Source: Parcubacteria group bacterium (GTDB lineage: Bacteria; Patescibacteriota; Minisyncoccia; Moranbacterales; UBA11712). From it: a DNA stretch of 64,000 bases. Location of the stretch: the NCBI GenBank assembly GCA_041659065.1, contig JBAZYY010000005.1, positions 974 through 64,973 on the forward strand, read 5' to 3'. The position numbers and the translations under genes were made by a program. The number at the start of each line of letters is the position of its first letter. Within the stretch, counting starts at the first letter, position 1. Below are positions 36,335-45,647 of this stretch, one piece after another. The notes beneath the pieces are model-generated. The model searched no databases. It saw nothing but the letters and a program-made list of their open reading frames with translations, and was not told where the DNA came from.

Positions 36335-38749
36335 ATGAAAATTATCGGCTTCAATTTAGCTAGAACTTCCTACGGGCTACCGCTTGATAATGGCGGCGCT
36401 TGTTTGATTGTGGACGGAAAAGTCAAAATGCTAATCAGCGAGGAAAGACTTAATAGAAAACAATATTCTCCTGGGTTTAAAAGAAGCTTCAGCTATATTT
36501 TGGAAAATAATAAACTTTCAATAAATGATATTGATTATTTTGTAGCCAGCTCTTGTTTGGAACCGTTAACCAATCCAAAAATAGTGCAGGTACAATTAAA
36601 GCGCTATGGATTCAACATGCCATTACGTAAAATCAAAGTGAGCGATCATCATTTGTCGCATGCTTTTTCTGCTTATTATCCATCCGGATTTAATGAGGCA
36701 ATTGTTTTGGTGTTGGACGGAGATGGAAATGTGTTGACGGAAAAAATGAAATCTGGAACGGATAACACAAAGAAATATTGGCAAAACAAGATAGAGCATA
36801 ATAGTTATTACGTCGCCAAAGGAAATAAGATAAATTTTCTCGAAAGAGACGAGGTTGAAGCTGGTGAAAATGGTTTTGGCGGGGCATATAGATACTTCAC
36901 TTATTTTTGCGGGTTTCCCGGCTATAAATACGCCGGAAAATTAATGGGTTTATCAGCCTATGGAAGCAAGAGAAATAAGTTCAAAGATATAAAATTATTT
37001 GATTTACTTCCCAACGGCCAAATTAAATGTCTGCTTCCGGATTCCGACAGATTGAATTCCCCAAAAGTTGTTGAAAACTGGCTGAAGAAACAGGGAATCA
37101 AAATTAAAGCTCGAAATCCGCAGGATCCCATTACGGAGGATACTGAAGATATTGCTTTTCTGATGCAAAAGGAATTGGACAGGGCGTTGATTCATAAAGT
37201 CAATTATTTGGTGAAAAAAACGGGAATAACTAATCTTTGCATTGCAGGCGGCGTGGGCTTAAACGCAGTGACTAATAGAGCTATCTTAGATAACACAAAA
37301 ATAAAAAATATCTTCATCCAGCCAGCGGCTGGGGACACTGGACAAGCGCTAGGGAATGCATATTTTGGAGTTTTTAATTTTGATAAAAAAAATATCAAAA
37401 GGAATTTAATTTCTGTGTATCAGGGGAAAGAATATTCGGAAAAAGAAATTAAAAACGCTCTCAATAATGAAAAACTAGTAATTGATTATCAGAAAATGTC
37501 TTTTGATGAGTTATCCAAATTAGCCGCAAAAAAAATAAAGGAAAATTATATCATTGGCTGGTTTCAAGGCCGTTCTGAAATGGGTCCGCGAGCGCTGGGA
37601 AATCGAAGTATTCTCGCAAGTCCGGCCAGCAGCAAGATGAAAGACGCTCTTAATCTCAAAGTCAAACACAGAGAAAACTTTCGGCCGTTTGCCCCAAGTG
37701 TTTTGCGAGAAAAAGTAAGCGAATGGTTTGATATTGATTTCGATGCTCCATATATGATATTCAACGCGCAGGTCAAGCAGCCAAAAATTATTCCGGCCGT
37801 GACCCATAAGGACGGCAGTGCCAGATTGCAAACGGTGAGCAAAAAAGATAACGAGCATTACTATAAGTTAATTAAAGAGTTTGAAAAACTGACAAAAATT
37901 CCGGTTGTCATAAATACATCCTTTAACGATAACGAGTCAATTGTGGAAACGCCGCAGGATGCTTTGAATTGTTTTTTGCGAACCGGCATAGATTATCTTT
38001 TCTTGGGAGACTATTTCGTTTCGAAAAAATCCGGGTTGATAGATCCGGCAAAAAATCTGAAAGAGATTGACAATGCCTGGAGTAAAATTGCCTCGCAAAC
38101 CAGCAAGATCCAAAATGCGAAAAACAAAGTGCTAAATTCGAAGATTTTATCGCTGACGAAAAAATATATTTCAAAAGGAGGGAATATATTCGATTACACC
38201 TGCGAATGGGGGGAGTACGCTAATCTGTTGGCTGAAAATGGATACGAAGTCAACGCCCTGAATGAATCCAACCAGATGATTCTTGGGGCCAGAAAAAAAT
38301 TCACAAAGCCAACATTTTATACCAAAAAAGAATTTCGAAAGAATTTTCCAATCTTGCGGGAAAAGTTTGATCTTGTCATGTCGAATCTCTGGCTGTGCAT
38401 TTTGGAAGAAAAATATCACGGAAAATTCATAGAAAATCTAAAAAAGATGGCGAAAAAAGATGGCTTGATTATGCTAAGTTTCTGCCATCCTGCTTTTGAC
38501 TATATGCGAGACAGTATTGTGACGCGCAGGATAGTCGACTATTCTCAAGCCCGCTACGATAAAAAATTCAAGCACAAAAAAATTGTCCATGAAAATGGTT
38601 TGGCGTTCGACGATTATCACCGCCCTCTGCCCTATTATATTTCGTTATTCAAAAAACATGGATTAAGAATTGTAGATATCGCTGAAAGTAAAACACTGAA
38701 TACGAATTATTATCCCGATTTTATTATTTTTGTACTAAAAGTTAAATGA
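36335..38749 (+). CDS. NodU/CmcH-family carbamoyltransferase fused to a C-terminal class-I SAM-methyltransferase-like domain
   Basis: The N-terminal region has a Kae1/ASKHA-like Carbam_trans_N pattern (KIIGFNLARTSYGLPLDNGGACLIVDGKVKMLISEERLNRKQY). The central region carries the Carbam_trans_C hallmark AVTHKDGSARLQTV. The C-terminal roughly 230 aa are paralogous to the stand-alone methyltransferase at 39429..40151. In the fused copy the SAM motif I is degenerate: DYTCEWG versus DYGCGWG in the stand-alone copy. Confidence 0.8.
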   Translation: MKIIGFNLARTSYGLPLDNGGACLIVDGKVKMLISEERLNRKQYSPGFKRSFSYILENNKLSINDIDYFVASSCLEPLTNPKIVQVQLKRYGFNMPLRKIKVSDHHLSHAFSAYYPSGFNEAIVLVLDGDGNVLTEKMKSGTDNTKKYWQNKIEHNSYYVAKGNKINFLERDEVEAGENGFGGAYRYFTYFCGFPGYKYAGKLMGLSAYGSKRNKFKDIKLFDLLPNGQIKCLLPDSDRLNSPKVVENWLKKQGIKIKARNPQDPITEDTEDIAFLMQKELDRALIHKVNYLVKKTGITNLCIAGGVGLNAVTNRAILDNTKIKNIFIQPAAGDTGQALGNAYFGVFNFDKKNIKRNLISVYQGKEYSEKEIKNALNNEKLVIDYQKMSFDELSKLAAKKIKENYIIGWFQGRSEMGPRALGNRSILASPASSKMKDALNLKVKHRENFRPFAPSVLREKVSEWFDIDFDAPYMIFNAQVKQPKIIPAVTHKDGSARLQTVSKKDNEHYYKLIKEFEKLTKIPVVINTSFNDNESIVETPQDALNCFLRTGIDYLFLGDYFVSKKSGLIDPAKNLKEIDNAWSKIASQTSKIQNAKNKVLNSKILSLTKKYISKGGNIFDYTCEWGEYANLLAENGYEVNALNESNQMILGARKKFTKPTFYTKKEFRKNFPILREKFDLVMSNLWLCILEEKYHGKFIENLKKMAKKDGLIMLSFCHPAFDYMRDSIVTRRIVDYSQARYDKKFKHKKIVHENGLAFDDYHRPLPYYISLFKKHGLRIVDIAESKTLNTNYYPDFIIFVLKVK

Positions 38750-39432
38750 TTACTATGGAAACAAATGAAAAAGTGGAGACAAGCAATCTTCAGAAGGTAT
38801 CGTTCGAACAAATAGAAAAAGCTTTTATGGAATTCAAGGAAAAAGCTAACAATCCATACTATGTGGCTATTTTCGGAAAAACATTTTTGGATGAAACTAC
38901 TGATGAATATAAACTTACCAAAGAAGTCGCGCGAAAAGTGATTGAAAATGATCTGGGAGTTATTCACGGCGCCTATACCGGTGTTATGAAAGCCGCCAGC
39001 CAAGGAGCTGATGCGGCGATTCAAAAATCCAATAAAAGCGAGTATCTAAATATTGGAGTACCGATGAAAACTTTTGACGAAGAATTGCCAAAGGCGTCAA
39101 GGATTAATTTGCCGGCCGCTGAAACAATCGGGGATAGAAAGAAAGCTCTGATTGAGTTTTGCGATGTCTGCGTCGTTATGCCTTCTGGCGGTTTTGGGAC
39201 AATGCTGGAATCATTGGAGATTTTCCATATGAACCAATTAGCTGAAAAGTTTGGAGGAAAAGTACGGCCGCTGATTTTTGTTGGCGAGAGATGGAATATA
39301 ATATTCAAGGCACTATATGATAATTTGGATATGAACAAACAAAAGACTGGAGAAAGTTTTTGTCATTTTATCAAAAATATCGAGCAATTGGAGTTGATAT
39401 TAAACGAAATAGAACTAAAAAAGGAAATATGA
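38746..39432 (+). CDS. LOG-family protein (TIGR00730 Rossmann-fold nucleotide 5'-monophosphate N-glycosidase / 'lysine decarboxylase-like')
   Basis: The GAYTGVMKAASQGA and PSGGFGTMLE (PGGxGTxxE) signatures are present. The start overlaps the upstream stop in an ATGA arrangement. Confidence 0.75.
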   Translation: MITMETNEKVETSNLQKVSFEQIEKAFMEFKEKANNPYYVAIFGKTFLDETTDEYKLTKEVARKVIENDLGVIHGAYTGVMKAASQGADAAIQKSNKSEYLNIGVPMKTFDEELPKASRINLPAAETIGDRKKALIEFCDVCVVMPSGGFGTMLESLEIFHMNQLAEKFGGKVRPLIFVGERWNIIFKALYDNLDMNKQKTGESFCHFIKNIEQLELILNEIELKKEI

Positions 39433-40151
39433 AAAACCAATGGGGGGAAATAGCAAAAAAGGAGAAGGAGATTCAGGATGTTAAAAATAAAATCCTGAAT
39501 GATAAACTTCTCAAGCTGATTTCGAAATATTCTAGGAAAAGAGGAAAAGTTCTTGACTATGGTTGCGGATGGGGTGAGTTTGCGGATATTTTAAGCCAGA
39601 AGGATTTCACGGTATCAGCGTACGATGACGCCGAGGAAATGGTTGCACGTGCGAAAGAAAAATTTGAAAAACCGAAATTTTATACCAAGAAAAAATTTCA
39701 CAAAAATATTCATAGCTTGAAAAGCAAGTTTGATTTAGTTGTTTCCAATCTTGTACTATGTATACTAAAAAAACCGCAACAGGATGTTTTATTGAAAAAT
39801 GTCAAAATGTTATTAAAAAAAGACGGTACAATAATCGTCAGTTTCTGCCATCCATGCTTTGATTATATTACCGAGAGCGTGCTGGCAAGAAGGATTAGAC
39901 CCTATACATACAATCCAAAATACGAAAAAGAATTTAAGTACAGAAAGATAATTCATGAAAACAGAATTCAATTCAACGACTATCATCGCCCACTAGAATA
40001 TTACACATCGTTATTTAATGAGCATAACCTGGAAATAATAGATATTGCCGAGAGTGATGTTATAAAATCCGAATTTTATCCTGATTTTATTATATTTGTA
40101 CTGAAAAATAGAAAAGCCGCAAAATCGACAAAACAAATACTAATATCTTGA
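39429..40151 (+). CDS. Class-I SAM-dependent methyltransferase, paralog of the C-terminal domain of 36335..38749
   Basis: Motif I VLDYGCGWGEF is intact. The start is placed at MKNQWGE, which has an AAGGAA ribosome-binding site and an ATGA overlap with the LOG stop. The ORF track gives an upstream ATG at 39360 inside LOG. Confidence 0.7.
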   Translation: MKNQWGEIAKKEKEIQDVKNKILNDKLLKLISKYSRKRGKVLDYGCGWGEFADILSQKDFTVSAYDDAEEMVARAKEKFEKPKFYTKKKFHKNIHSLKSKFDLVVSNLVLCILKKPQQDVLLKNVKMLLKKDGTIIVSFCHPCFDYITESVLARRIRPYTYNPKYEKEFKYRKIIHENRIQFNDYHRPLEYYTSLFNEHNLEIIDIAESDVIKSEFYPDFIIFVLKNRKAAKSTKQILIS

Positions 40152-40243
40152 TGTATGCAATATTATTGCTGCTCAAAAAAAGATTTATGAAATATTTTTT
40201 TATCTTATTGCCGGCCATCTAGCCTGCTAATGCCGTGAGCAAA

Positions 40244-40969
40244 TTACCTTATTCCATTCCAGCACATTTTGAAGATCATTCTCATCGCTGAAGAAATGGG
40301 CTCTGATTCCATAATGACAGCCATCTTGTCTCGCACTGAAAATAAAGCGACTCGATTGGCATAAACATTAATTTCAATTTTAAAAGGATATTCTTCGGCA
40401 TCTATGACTTTTAATTTTCTTAACTGATGGCTGGCACTTTTAATGAAGGCCTGTGCTTCCTTGTCTCCGGTCATAATTAATGTTTCCAAGATTTTTTTTC
40501 GTTGCCTCTTGGCCACATACCGCTCAACTTCTTTCCAGTTGAACATTTTCAAAACTTCGCCCGATGCCCAGCCAGTCACTTCCATATTGGGATAATTCAA
40601 AATATCTTCATAGGCCTCCAAAATTCCTGCTTTGCCGTGATAAAACCATACCTTCGGCTTAAGTTCACTGACATTGTTAATAGAAATCAAATCGGGAAGT
40701 ATTTGGTCAATGAGTGATTCTTTTTTTCTTATCAGCTCCTTTAGATCGTGAGGATCTATTGCTACATAATGCCTTCTCTTGCCTTTTGTGGTCACTCGCA
40801 TATAGCCCAAATCGACCATTTCGTTGATATTTTCATATACCGTTGTTCTCTTAATGCTGGTTTTCCGAGATATTTCGACAATGGTTGTTTCCCCGAGCTC
40901 AAGAGCTGCCAGATATATTCTGGCTTTTTTATCTTCTAAGCCTATTTTTTTGAGTGTTTCGAGTATAAT
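40244..40969 (-). CDS. TrmB-family transcriptional regulator with an apparent non-AUG start
   Basis: The ORF track begins at Met 40819. However, the frame stays open upstream and encodes a complete TrmB-like wHTH (KIILETLKKIGLEDKKARIYLAALELGETTIVEISRKTSIKRTTVYENINEMV). This region has no ATG/GTG/TTG. An AGGAGA Shine-Dalgarno lies 3-6 nt before ATT/ATA codons (40967-40969 / 40964-40966). Confidence 0.5.
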   Translation of the reverse strand: MILETLKKIGLEDKKARIYLAALELGETTIVEISRKTSIKRTTVYENINEMVDLGYMRVTTKGKRRHYVAIDPHDLKELIRKKESLIDQILPDLISINNVSELKPKVWFYHGKAGILEAYEDILNYPNMEVTGWASGEVLKMFNWKEVERYVAKRQRKKILETLIMTGDKEAQAFIKSASHQLRKLKVIDAEEYPFKIEINVYANRVALFSVRDKMAVIMESEPISSAMRMIFKMCWNGIR

Positions 40970-41088
40970 TTTCTCCTAAATGTCGCTTTTTTCGACGATA
41001 TTATTATAATATTATTCTTTAATACTTTAGTCAAATACAGCTAAAAAAAGCCAATATTTTATTACCATGCAAATAATCTTCCTATTAT

Positions 41089-41116
41089 TTGACGTTTTTT
41101 ACGAAAAAGCTATAAT
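41089..41116 (+). promoter_or_regulatory. Candidate sigma-70 promoter TTGACG-N16-TATAAT for the radical SAM gene
   Basis: The promoter reads ttgacg ttttttacgaaaaagc tataat, about 100 nt upstream of ATG 41218. Confidence 0.4.
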
Positions 41117-41217
41117 GGTGAGTCATTTCGATTCAAGAAATGGCGCGAACCTTACCAACTAATTCATCAAATCAGACTTTAATAGGATCACTCAAGACCG
41201 CCAAAGGAGATATCGCT

Positions 41218-42807
41218 ATGTTTACGAGAGTCGCCCTGATTCAACCCGTTGTCCCTGCCGGAAAATCTTTGGGAGTTCACAAATCTCCGGAGTCAATCCA
41301 GGCTTTGGCCGGTCAGCTGCAAAAACTGGGCTGCGAGGTCAAAATGTTTCATGCGACCGATAGCAACACTCTCTACTCGGCTATCCACGGATTCATGCCA
41401 CGGGTTGTTTGTATTTCAACCATGACGGCTAATTTTCCCGAAGGCCGCAAAATTGCCCAGGCTATCAAAAATTCCAAGCGCGGCCGCTATATTAAAATTA
41501 TTTTGGGCGGCTGGCATGCCTCCGGGTGCGTGAAAGCTTACGAGTCTGGTCAGGAAAAAGAAAGTCTCGAGGAAATCCTCAATCCTAGTTCTCCGTTTGA
41601 CTATGTTGTCGCCGGTGAGGGAGAAAAAGTGCTGCCAAAGCTAATCAAGGCTATCCAGAATAATTCTGGGATTATGTCACTCAAAGGAGTGAGCAATTTT
41701 AGCGGTGGATCTATCCAACTTGGCGGCTTTGCTCCAAGAGTAAAGGATCTTAGCCAGCTGGCACAGCCGTCGTGGGATGAATTGAACGTTAACCAATACC
41801 GGGATAAAAGGAATGACGCGCTTGATTTGAGTGTTCACTTTAATCGCGGCTGCCGGTTCAACTGTTCTTTCTGCGCAACAGCCTCGATTTATGGCCACGG
41901 CGTCCGGACTACTCCAGCTCAACAGGCGTTCGAGTATATCGAATTCCTGGCGCAAAAATTCCAACCGCAAGTAATCACTTTCACGGATGAAGATTTCTTT
42001 GCCAATCTTCCCTGGGTGAAACAACTGGTGCGATTGCTGCAACAGGCGGACTTTCATCACAAGTATGGGATTTTCTTTGACACCTTTGCCAGCATCGTCG
42101 ATCTGAATCGTTTGTTTAGGCATAACCAGATGCAATTGCTTCGTCAAATGAAATCAGTCGGATTCAATTCCTTCACGATTGGAATAGAATCCTTATGTAT
42201 CCCCATATTGAAAAAGTACAATAAGGAACAGATGATCCTGTCGACCATGCTTCCAGGGCAAAAGAAACTTTACAAAGAGAGGAAAGAGTCCGCTCTCGAC
42301 GGGCTAAGGCTCTATAGACACAACTTTTCAACTGTTCAACGTGCCGTAAATTTCGCCCACGGGCTCGGATTTCTGGTAGTGGGTGACTATATTCTTGGCA
42401 ACTTGGAGGAATCCGCCACTGATGTGGTGTTTAGCTTCCGGCTTTTGGAGAAAATCCGGAATCTGATGATGGCTTATCTGCCAGTCTACACGCCCTTTCC
42501 GGGAACCGCGCTTTGGCCCGAAGCTTACACTTCCGGCTGGCTGGCCCGAAAGTCTGATGGGAGAATCGATTGGGAAAAATTTGACGCCAATGGCGGCGCC
42601 TTGAATCTTGGCTACGACATCGCCTCGCTGCGCAATCAGCTGGAAATCGAGTTTTACACTTCCAAGCGCTATGCCGATGACATGCTAGCAATGATCGAGC
42701 AGGATTCTCGGCGGAAAAAGTTCTTTCTCAATCGGTTCAATTACCTCGATCGGATTTATCCTGGCGACCCGCAAATAATCCAACGACTCGCGTATTTACG
42801 AGGCTAA
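41218..42807 (+). CDS. Cobalamin-binding-domain radical SAM enzyme (class B radical SAM family)
   Basis: An N-terminal B12-binding-like Rossmann domain (VVCISTMTANFPEGRKIAQAIK...IILGGWHASG) is followed by the radical SAM cluster motif HFNRGCRFNCSFCAT (CxxxCxxC). The start is chosen at MFTRVALIQ, which is preceded by an AAAGGAGA ribosome-binding site; the ORF track gives 41140. Confidence 0.8.
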   Translation: MFTRVALIQPVVPAGKSLGVHKSPESIQALAGQLQKLGCEVKMFHATDSNTLYSAIHGFMPRVVCISTMTANFPEGRKIAQAIKNSKRGRYIKIILGGWHASGCVKAYESGQEKESLEEILNPSSPFDYVVAGEGEKVLPKLIKAIQNNSGIMSLKGVSNFSGGSIQLGGFAPRVKDLSQLAQPSWDELNVNQYRDKRNDALDLSVHFNRGCRFNCSFCATASIYGHGVRTTPAQQAFEYIEFLAQKFQPQVITFTDEDFFANLPWVKQLVRLLQQADFHHKYGIFFDTFASIVDLNRLFRHNQMQLLRQMKSVGFNSFTIGIESLCIPILKKYNKEQMILSTMLPGQKKLYKERKESALDGLRLYRHNFSTVQRAVNFAHGLGFLVVGDYILGNLEESATDVVFSFRLLEKIRNLMMAYLPVYTPFPGTALWPEAYTSGWLARKSDGRIDWEKFDANGGALNLGYDIASLRNQLEIEFYTSKRYADDMLAMIEQDSRRKKFFLNRFNYLDRIYPGDPQIIQRLAYLRG

Positions 42808-42926
42808 CGGCACCCTCATGATTATTCATTACCAACCTCCCCCGGTGACAGCACTCATCGGGGGTTTCTTTATAAAAAAACCGCGCAAGCGATACCTTAA
42901 TTTTTCACTTTAAACTTTTAACTTCT

Positions 42927-45638
42927 TCAGATTTCGCCCCAATTGTCACCGACTTTGATATTGGCCGCGAGAGGGACGGAAAGCTGATAGACATTTTCCA
43001 TCAATTCCTTAACGTCTTTCGCGAAGGCATCCGCCTCTTTCTCGGGGACTTCGAAAAGAAGTTCATCGTGAATTTGAAGAACCATTTTCGCTTTTGGATA
43101 TTTTTCCACGATAAATTTATCAACTTCAATCATGGCCAGTTTGATAATATCTGCCGCAAGTCCCTGGATGGGCATATTAACCGCCATGCGCTCAGCCTGA
43201 TTGCGCAACTGGATATTGGAAGAATTTATTTCCGGGATATAGCGCCTTCTGCCAAGTTCCGTTTCTACATATCCTTTTTCACGAACTAAGATTTTCACTT
43301 CATCCAAAAACTGCGCGACCTGTGGATAATTCTCGAAATATTTTCGGATAAATTGTTTAGCCTCTTCCTGGGCGACTCCCGCACTCTGCGCAAACCCAAA
43401 CGTGCTCATGCCATAAATTATCCCAAAATTCAAAGCTTTAGCCGCGCTACGCATCTTCCCGGTCACTTTATCAAGCGGCACCTTATTGACCCGAGCGGCT
43501 GTCGCGGTATGGATGTCCTCGCCGTTAAGAAACGTGGTAATCATCTTCACGTCTCCGGAGAGATGCGCTGCAATACGCAGCTCAACCTGTGAATAATCAG
43601 CCCCGACCAGGCGAAAACCTTCCTCCGCCTCAAAAGCCGTCCGGATCACTTGGCCCAATTCGGTCCGAATGGGAATATTTTGAAGATTCGGATCGGATGA
43701 AGACAACCTACCGGTCGCAGTAATGGCTTGGTTGAATGTCGTGTGGAGCCGCGATTTATCGTCCGTTAATTCCGGGAGAGTATCAAGATAAGTTGTCTTT
43801 AGTTTGAAGAGCTCCCTGTATTCTTCAACCTTTTCAATTATCGGATGGTGAGATCTTATTTTTTCGAGCTCCGAAGAGGCAGTCGAAAGGCCGGTTTTCC
43901 CCTTTTTTACCTCTCCCGACGGAATCTTCAGCTTTTCAAATAATATTTCACGCAGTTGAACCGACGAATTTACGTTGAATTTTTTGCCAGCCAATTTTTG
44001 GATGTTCTTTTCGAGCGTGGTAATACGGCCGTTGAGTTTTTCGGAAATTCCCCGAAGCACGATTTTATTAATCTTGATCCCGTCCTGCTCCATGCCGGAT
44101 AGAATGCGGATGAGTGGAATCTCAATATCCCAAAAAACATTGCGGAGAGTTGACTTTTTGCCTTGCTGGAACTGATCCTTGCTAATTTCTTCTATTTTAT
44201 CGTTGAGAATCTCCACAAGAGAAATGTTATGAGCCGCCTTTTCACAGATCGCTTTAAGATCTTTTTCGTCTTTTTCAAAAATCAAACTGCTTTGCCCGGA
44301 GGTTTTTTCCGCTTTCGCGGTCATGATCCCCAGATACTCCAGGGCCAGATTCTCCCACTCGACTTTGGTTCCCGGATTCAGCACATAAGCAGCGAGCATC
44401 AAGTCGAAGTCGAGTCCTCTCAAATCAATTCCTTGTGATTGCCAAAGCTTCCGCTCATACTTCAAATTAAAACCAATTTTCTTTATTTTCTCATCCTGGA
44501 GAACATCCTTCAGAAAAGACAGTTTCGTTTGAAATATTTTTTTAGAAATATAGAAAGCTTCCTGGGAAGCCGTTGAAAAAGCTATCCCTTTTATCCCGCC
44601 CTCTTCTCCGGCATCGGTGGCTATCGAGATGCTAATGCCTGGTTTAATCTTTTTTAAGACCGATTCGTAATTTTCCGGTTTTACCTCTCTGCAAAAAACT
44701 ATGTTATTCACCTTTGTTTTTTTTTCTTCACTCTCTAGATTATTCCCGCTCTTCGCAAAATCATCATAACCCGGAAGCCGCCGCAACAGGCTGAAAAATT
44801 CCAGCTCGCGAAAAAGATTAATCGCCTTCACTCGATCGAATTTTTCCCAGCCGGATTCTTCGAGATTTAGCTTGACTGGAACATCTTCAATCAAGATCGC
44901 AAGACGTTTGCTAAAATACGCTTGCACCTTGTCTTTCTCGAGCTTTTTGCGCACACCCTCTTTTATTTCCGGAAGATTCTTATAGATTTCTTCTATTGAT
45001 TTATATTTTTTGAGAAGTTCAATTGCTGTTTTTTCCCCCACGCCCTTTACACCCGGAAGATTGTCCGATGGATCGCCTCGTAGGCCTTTATAATCGTTCA
45101 TCTGCTCTGGCGAAAGCCCGTACCTTTCCATAATCGCTTTTTCATCATAGATAATCGTGTCGCTCATTCCTCGCCGCAGGGCATAAACTTTGGTCTTGTC
45201 ATTCACAAGTTGCAGCGTATCAAGATCGCCGGTGACAATGATGTTTTCCACTTCCGGATGCAATGTCTCGGATTGTTTCGCAAAAGTCGCGATGATATCA
45301 TCGGCTTCGTAGCCCTCTTTCTCAAAGATAGGGATATTGAGAGCCCCCAAAATCTCCTTTACTCTGGGAATTTGTTCATAGAGGTCGTCAGGCGCTTTCA
45401 CGCGAGTCGCTTTATAATCCTTGAATTCCTTGTGGCGAAAGGTCGGCTCTTTGAGATCGAAAGTTGCCACGATGTAGTCCGGTTTTAGTTTCGCAATCAC
45501 GTTTAATAGCACTGAGGTAAAACCATAAACCGCGTTCATGAGCTCGCCCTTTTTCGTCGTAAGGGGGGGCAGCGCGTGATAAGCGCGATGGACTATGGCA
45601 TTGGAGTCGATGAGAATTAGCTTTTTTTTGATTGGCAT
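42927..45638 (-). CDS. polA: DNA polymerase I
   Basis: The 903-aa product has a 5'-3' exonuclease N-terminus (LILIDSNAIVHRAYHAL), a central 3'-5' exo-like region, and C-terminal polymerase motifs (RRxAKxxNFGxxYG and QIHDELLFEV). Confidence 0.9.
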   Translation of the reverse strand: MPIKKKLILIDSNAIVHRAYHALPPLTTKKGELMNAVYGFTSVLLNVIAKLKPDYIVATFDLKEPTFRHKEFKDYKATRVKAPDDLYEQIPRVKEILGALNIPIFEKEGYEADDIIATFAKQSETLHPEVENIIVTGDLDTLQLVNDKTKVYALRRGMSDTIIYDEKAIMERYGLSPEQMNDYKGLRGDPSDNLPGVKGVGEKTAIELLKKYKSIEEIYKNLPEIKEGVRKKLEKDKVQAYFSKRLAILIEDVPVKLNLEESGWEKFDRVKAINLFRELEFFSLLRRLPGYDDFAKSGNNLESEEKKTKVNNIVFCREVKPENYESVLKKIKPGISISIATDAGEEGGIKGIAFSTASQEAFYISKKIFQTKLSFLKDVLQDEKIKKIGFNLKYERKLWQSQGIDLRGLDFDLMLAAYVLNPGTKVEWENLALEYLGIMTAKAEKTSGQSSLIFEKDEKDLKAICEKAAHNISLVEILNDKIEEISKDQFQQGKKSTLRNVFWDIEIPLIRILSGMEQDGIKINKIVLRGISEKLNGRITTLEKNIQKLAGKKFNVNSSVQLREILFEKLKIPSGEVKKGKTGLSTASSELEKIRSHHPIIEKVEEYRELFKLKTTYLDTLPELTDDKSRLHTTFNQAITATGRLSSSDPNLQNIPIRTELGQVIRTAFEAEEGFRLVGADYSQVELRIAAHLSGDVKMITTFLNGEDIHTATAARVNKVPLDKVTGKMRSAAKALNFGIIYGMSTFGFAQSAGVAQEEAKQFIRKYFENYPQVAQFLDEVKILVREKGYVETELGRRRYIPEINSSNIQLRNQAERMAVNMPIQGLAADIIKLAMIEVDKFIVEKYPKAKMVLQIHDELLFEVPEKEADAFAKDVKELMENVYQLSVPLAANIKVGDNWGEI

Positions 45639-45647
45639 CCAGTTGAG

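Noticed and set aside
41140-41217. The upstream ATG (41140) of the radical SAM ORF
   Set aside because: It has no Shine-Dalgarno sequence, whereas Met at 41218 is preceded by AAAGGAGA at optimal spacing and begins the conserved B12-binding domain.
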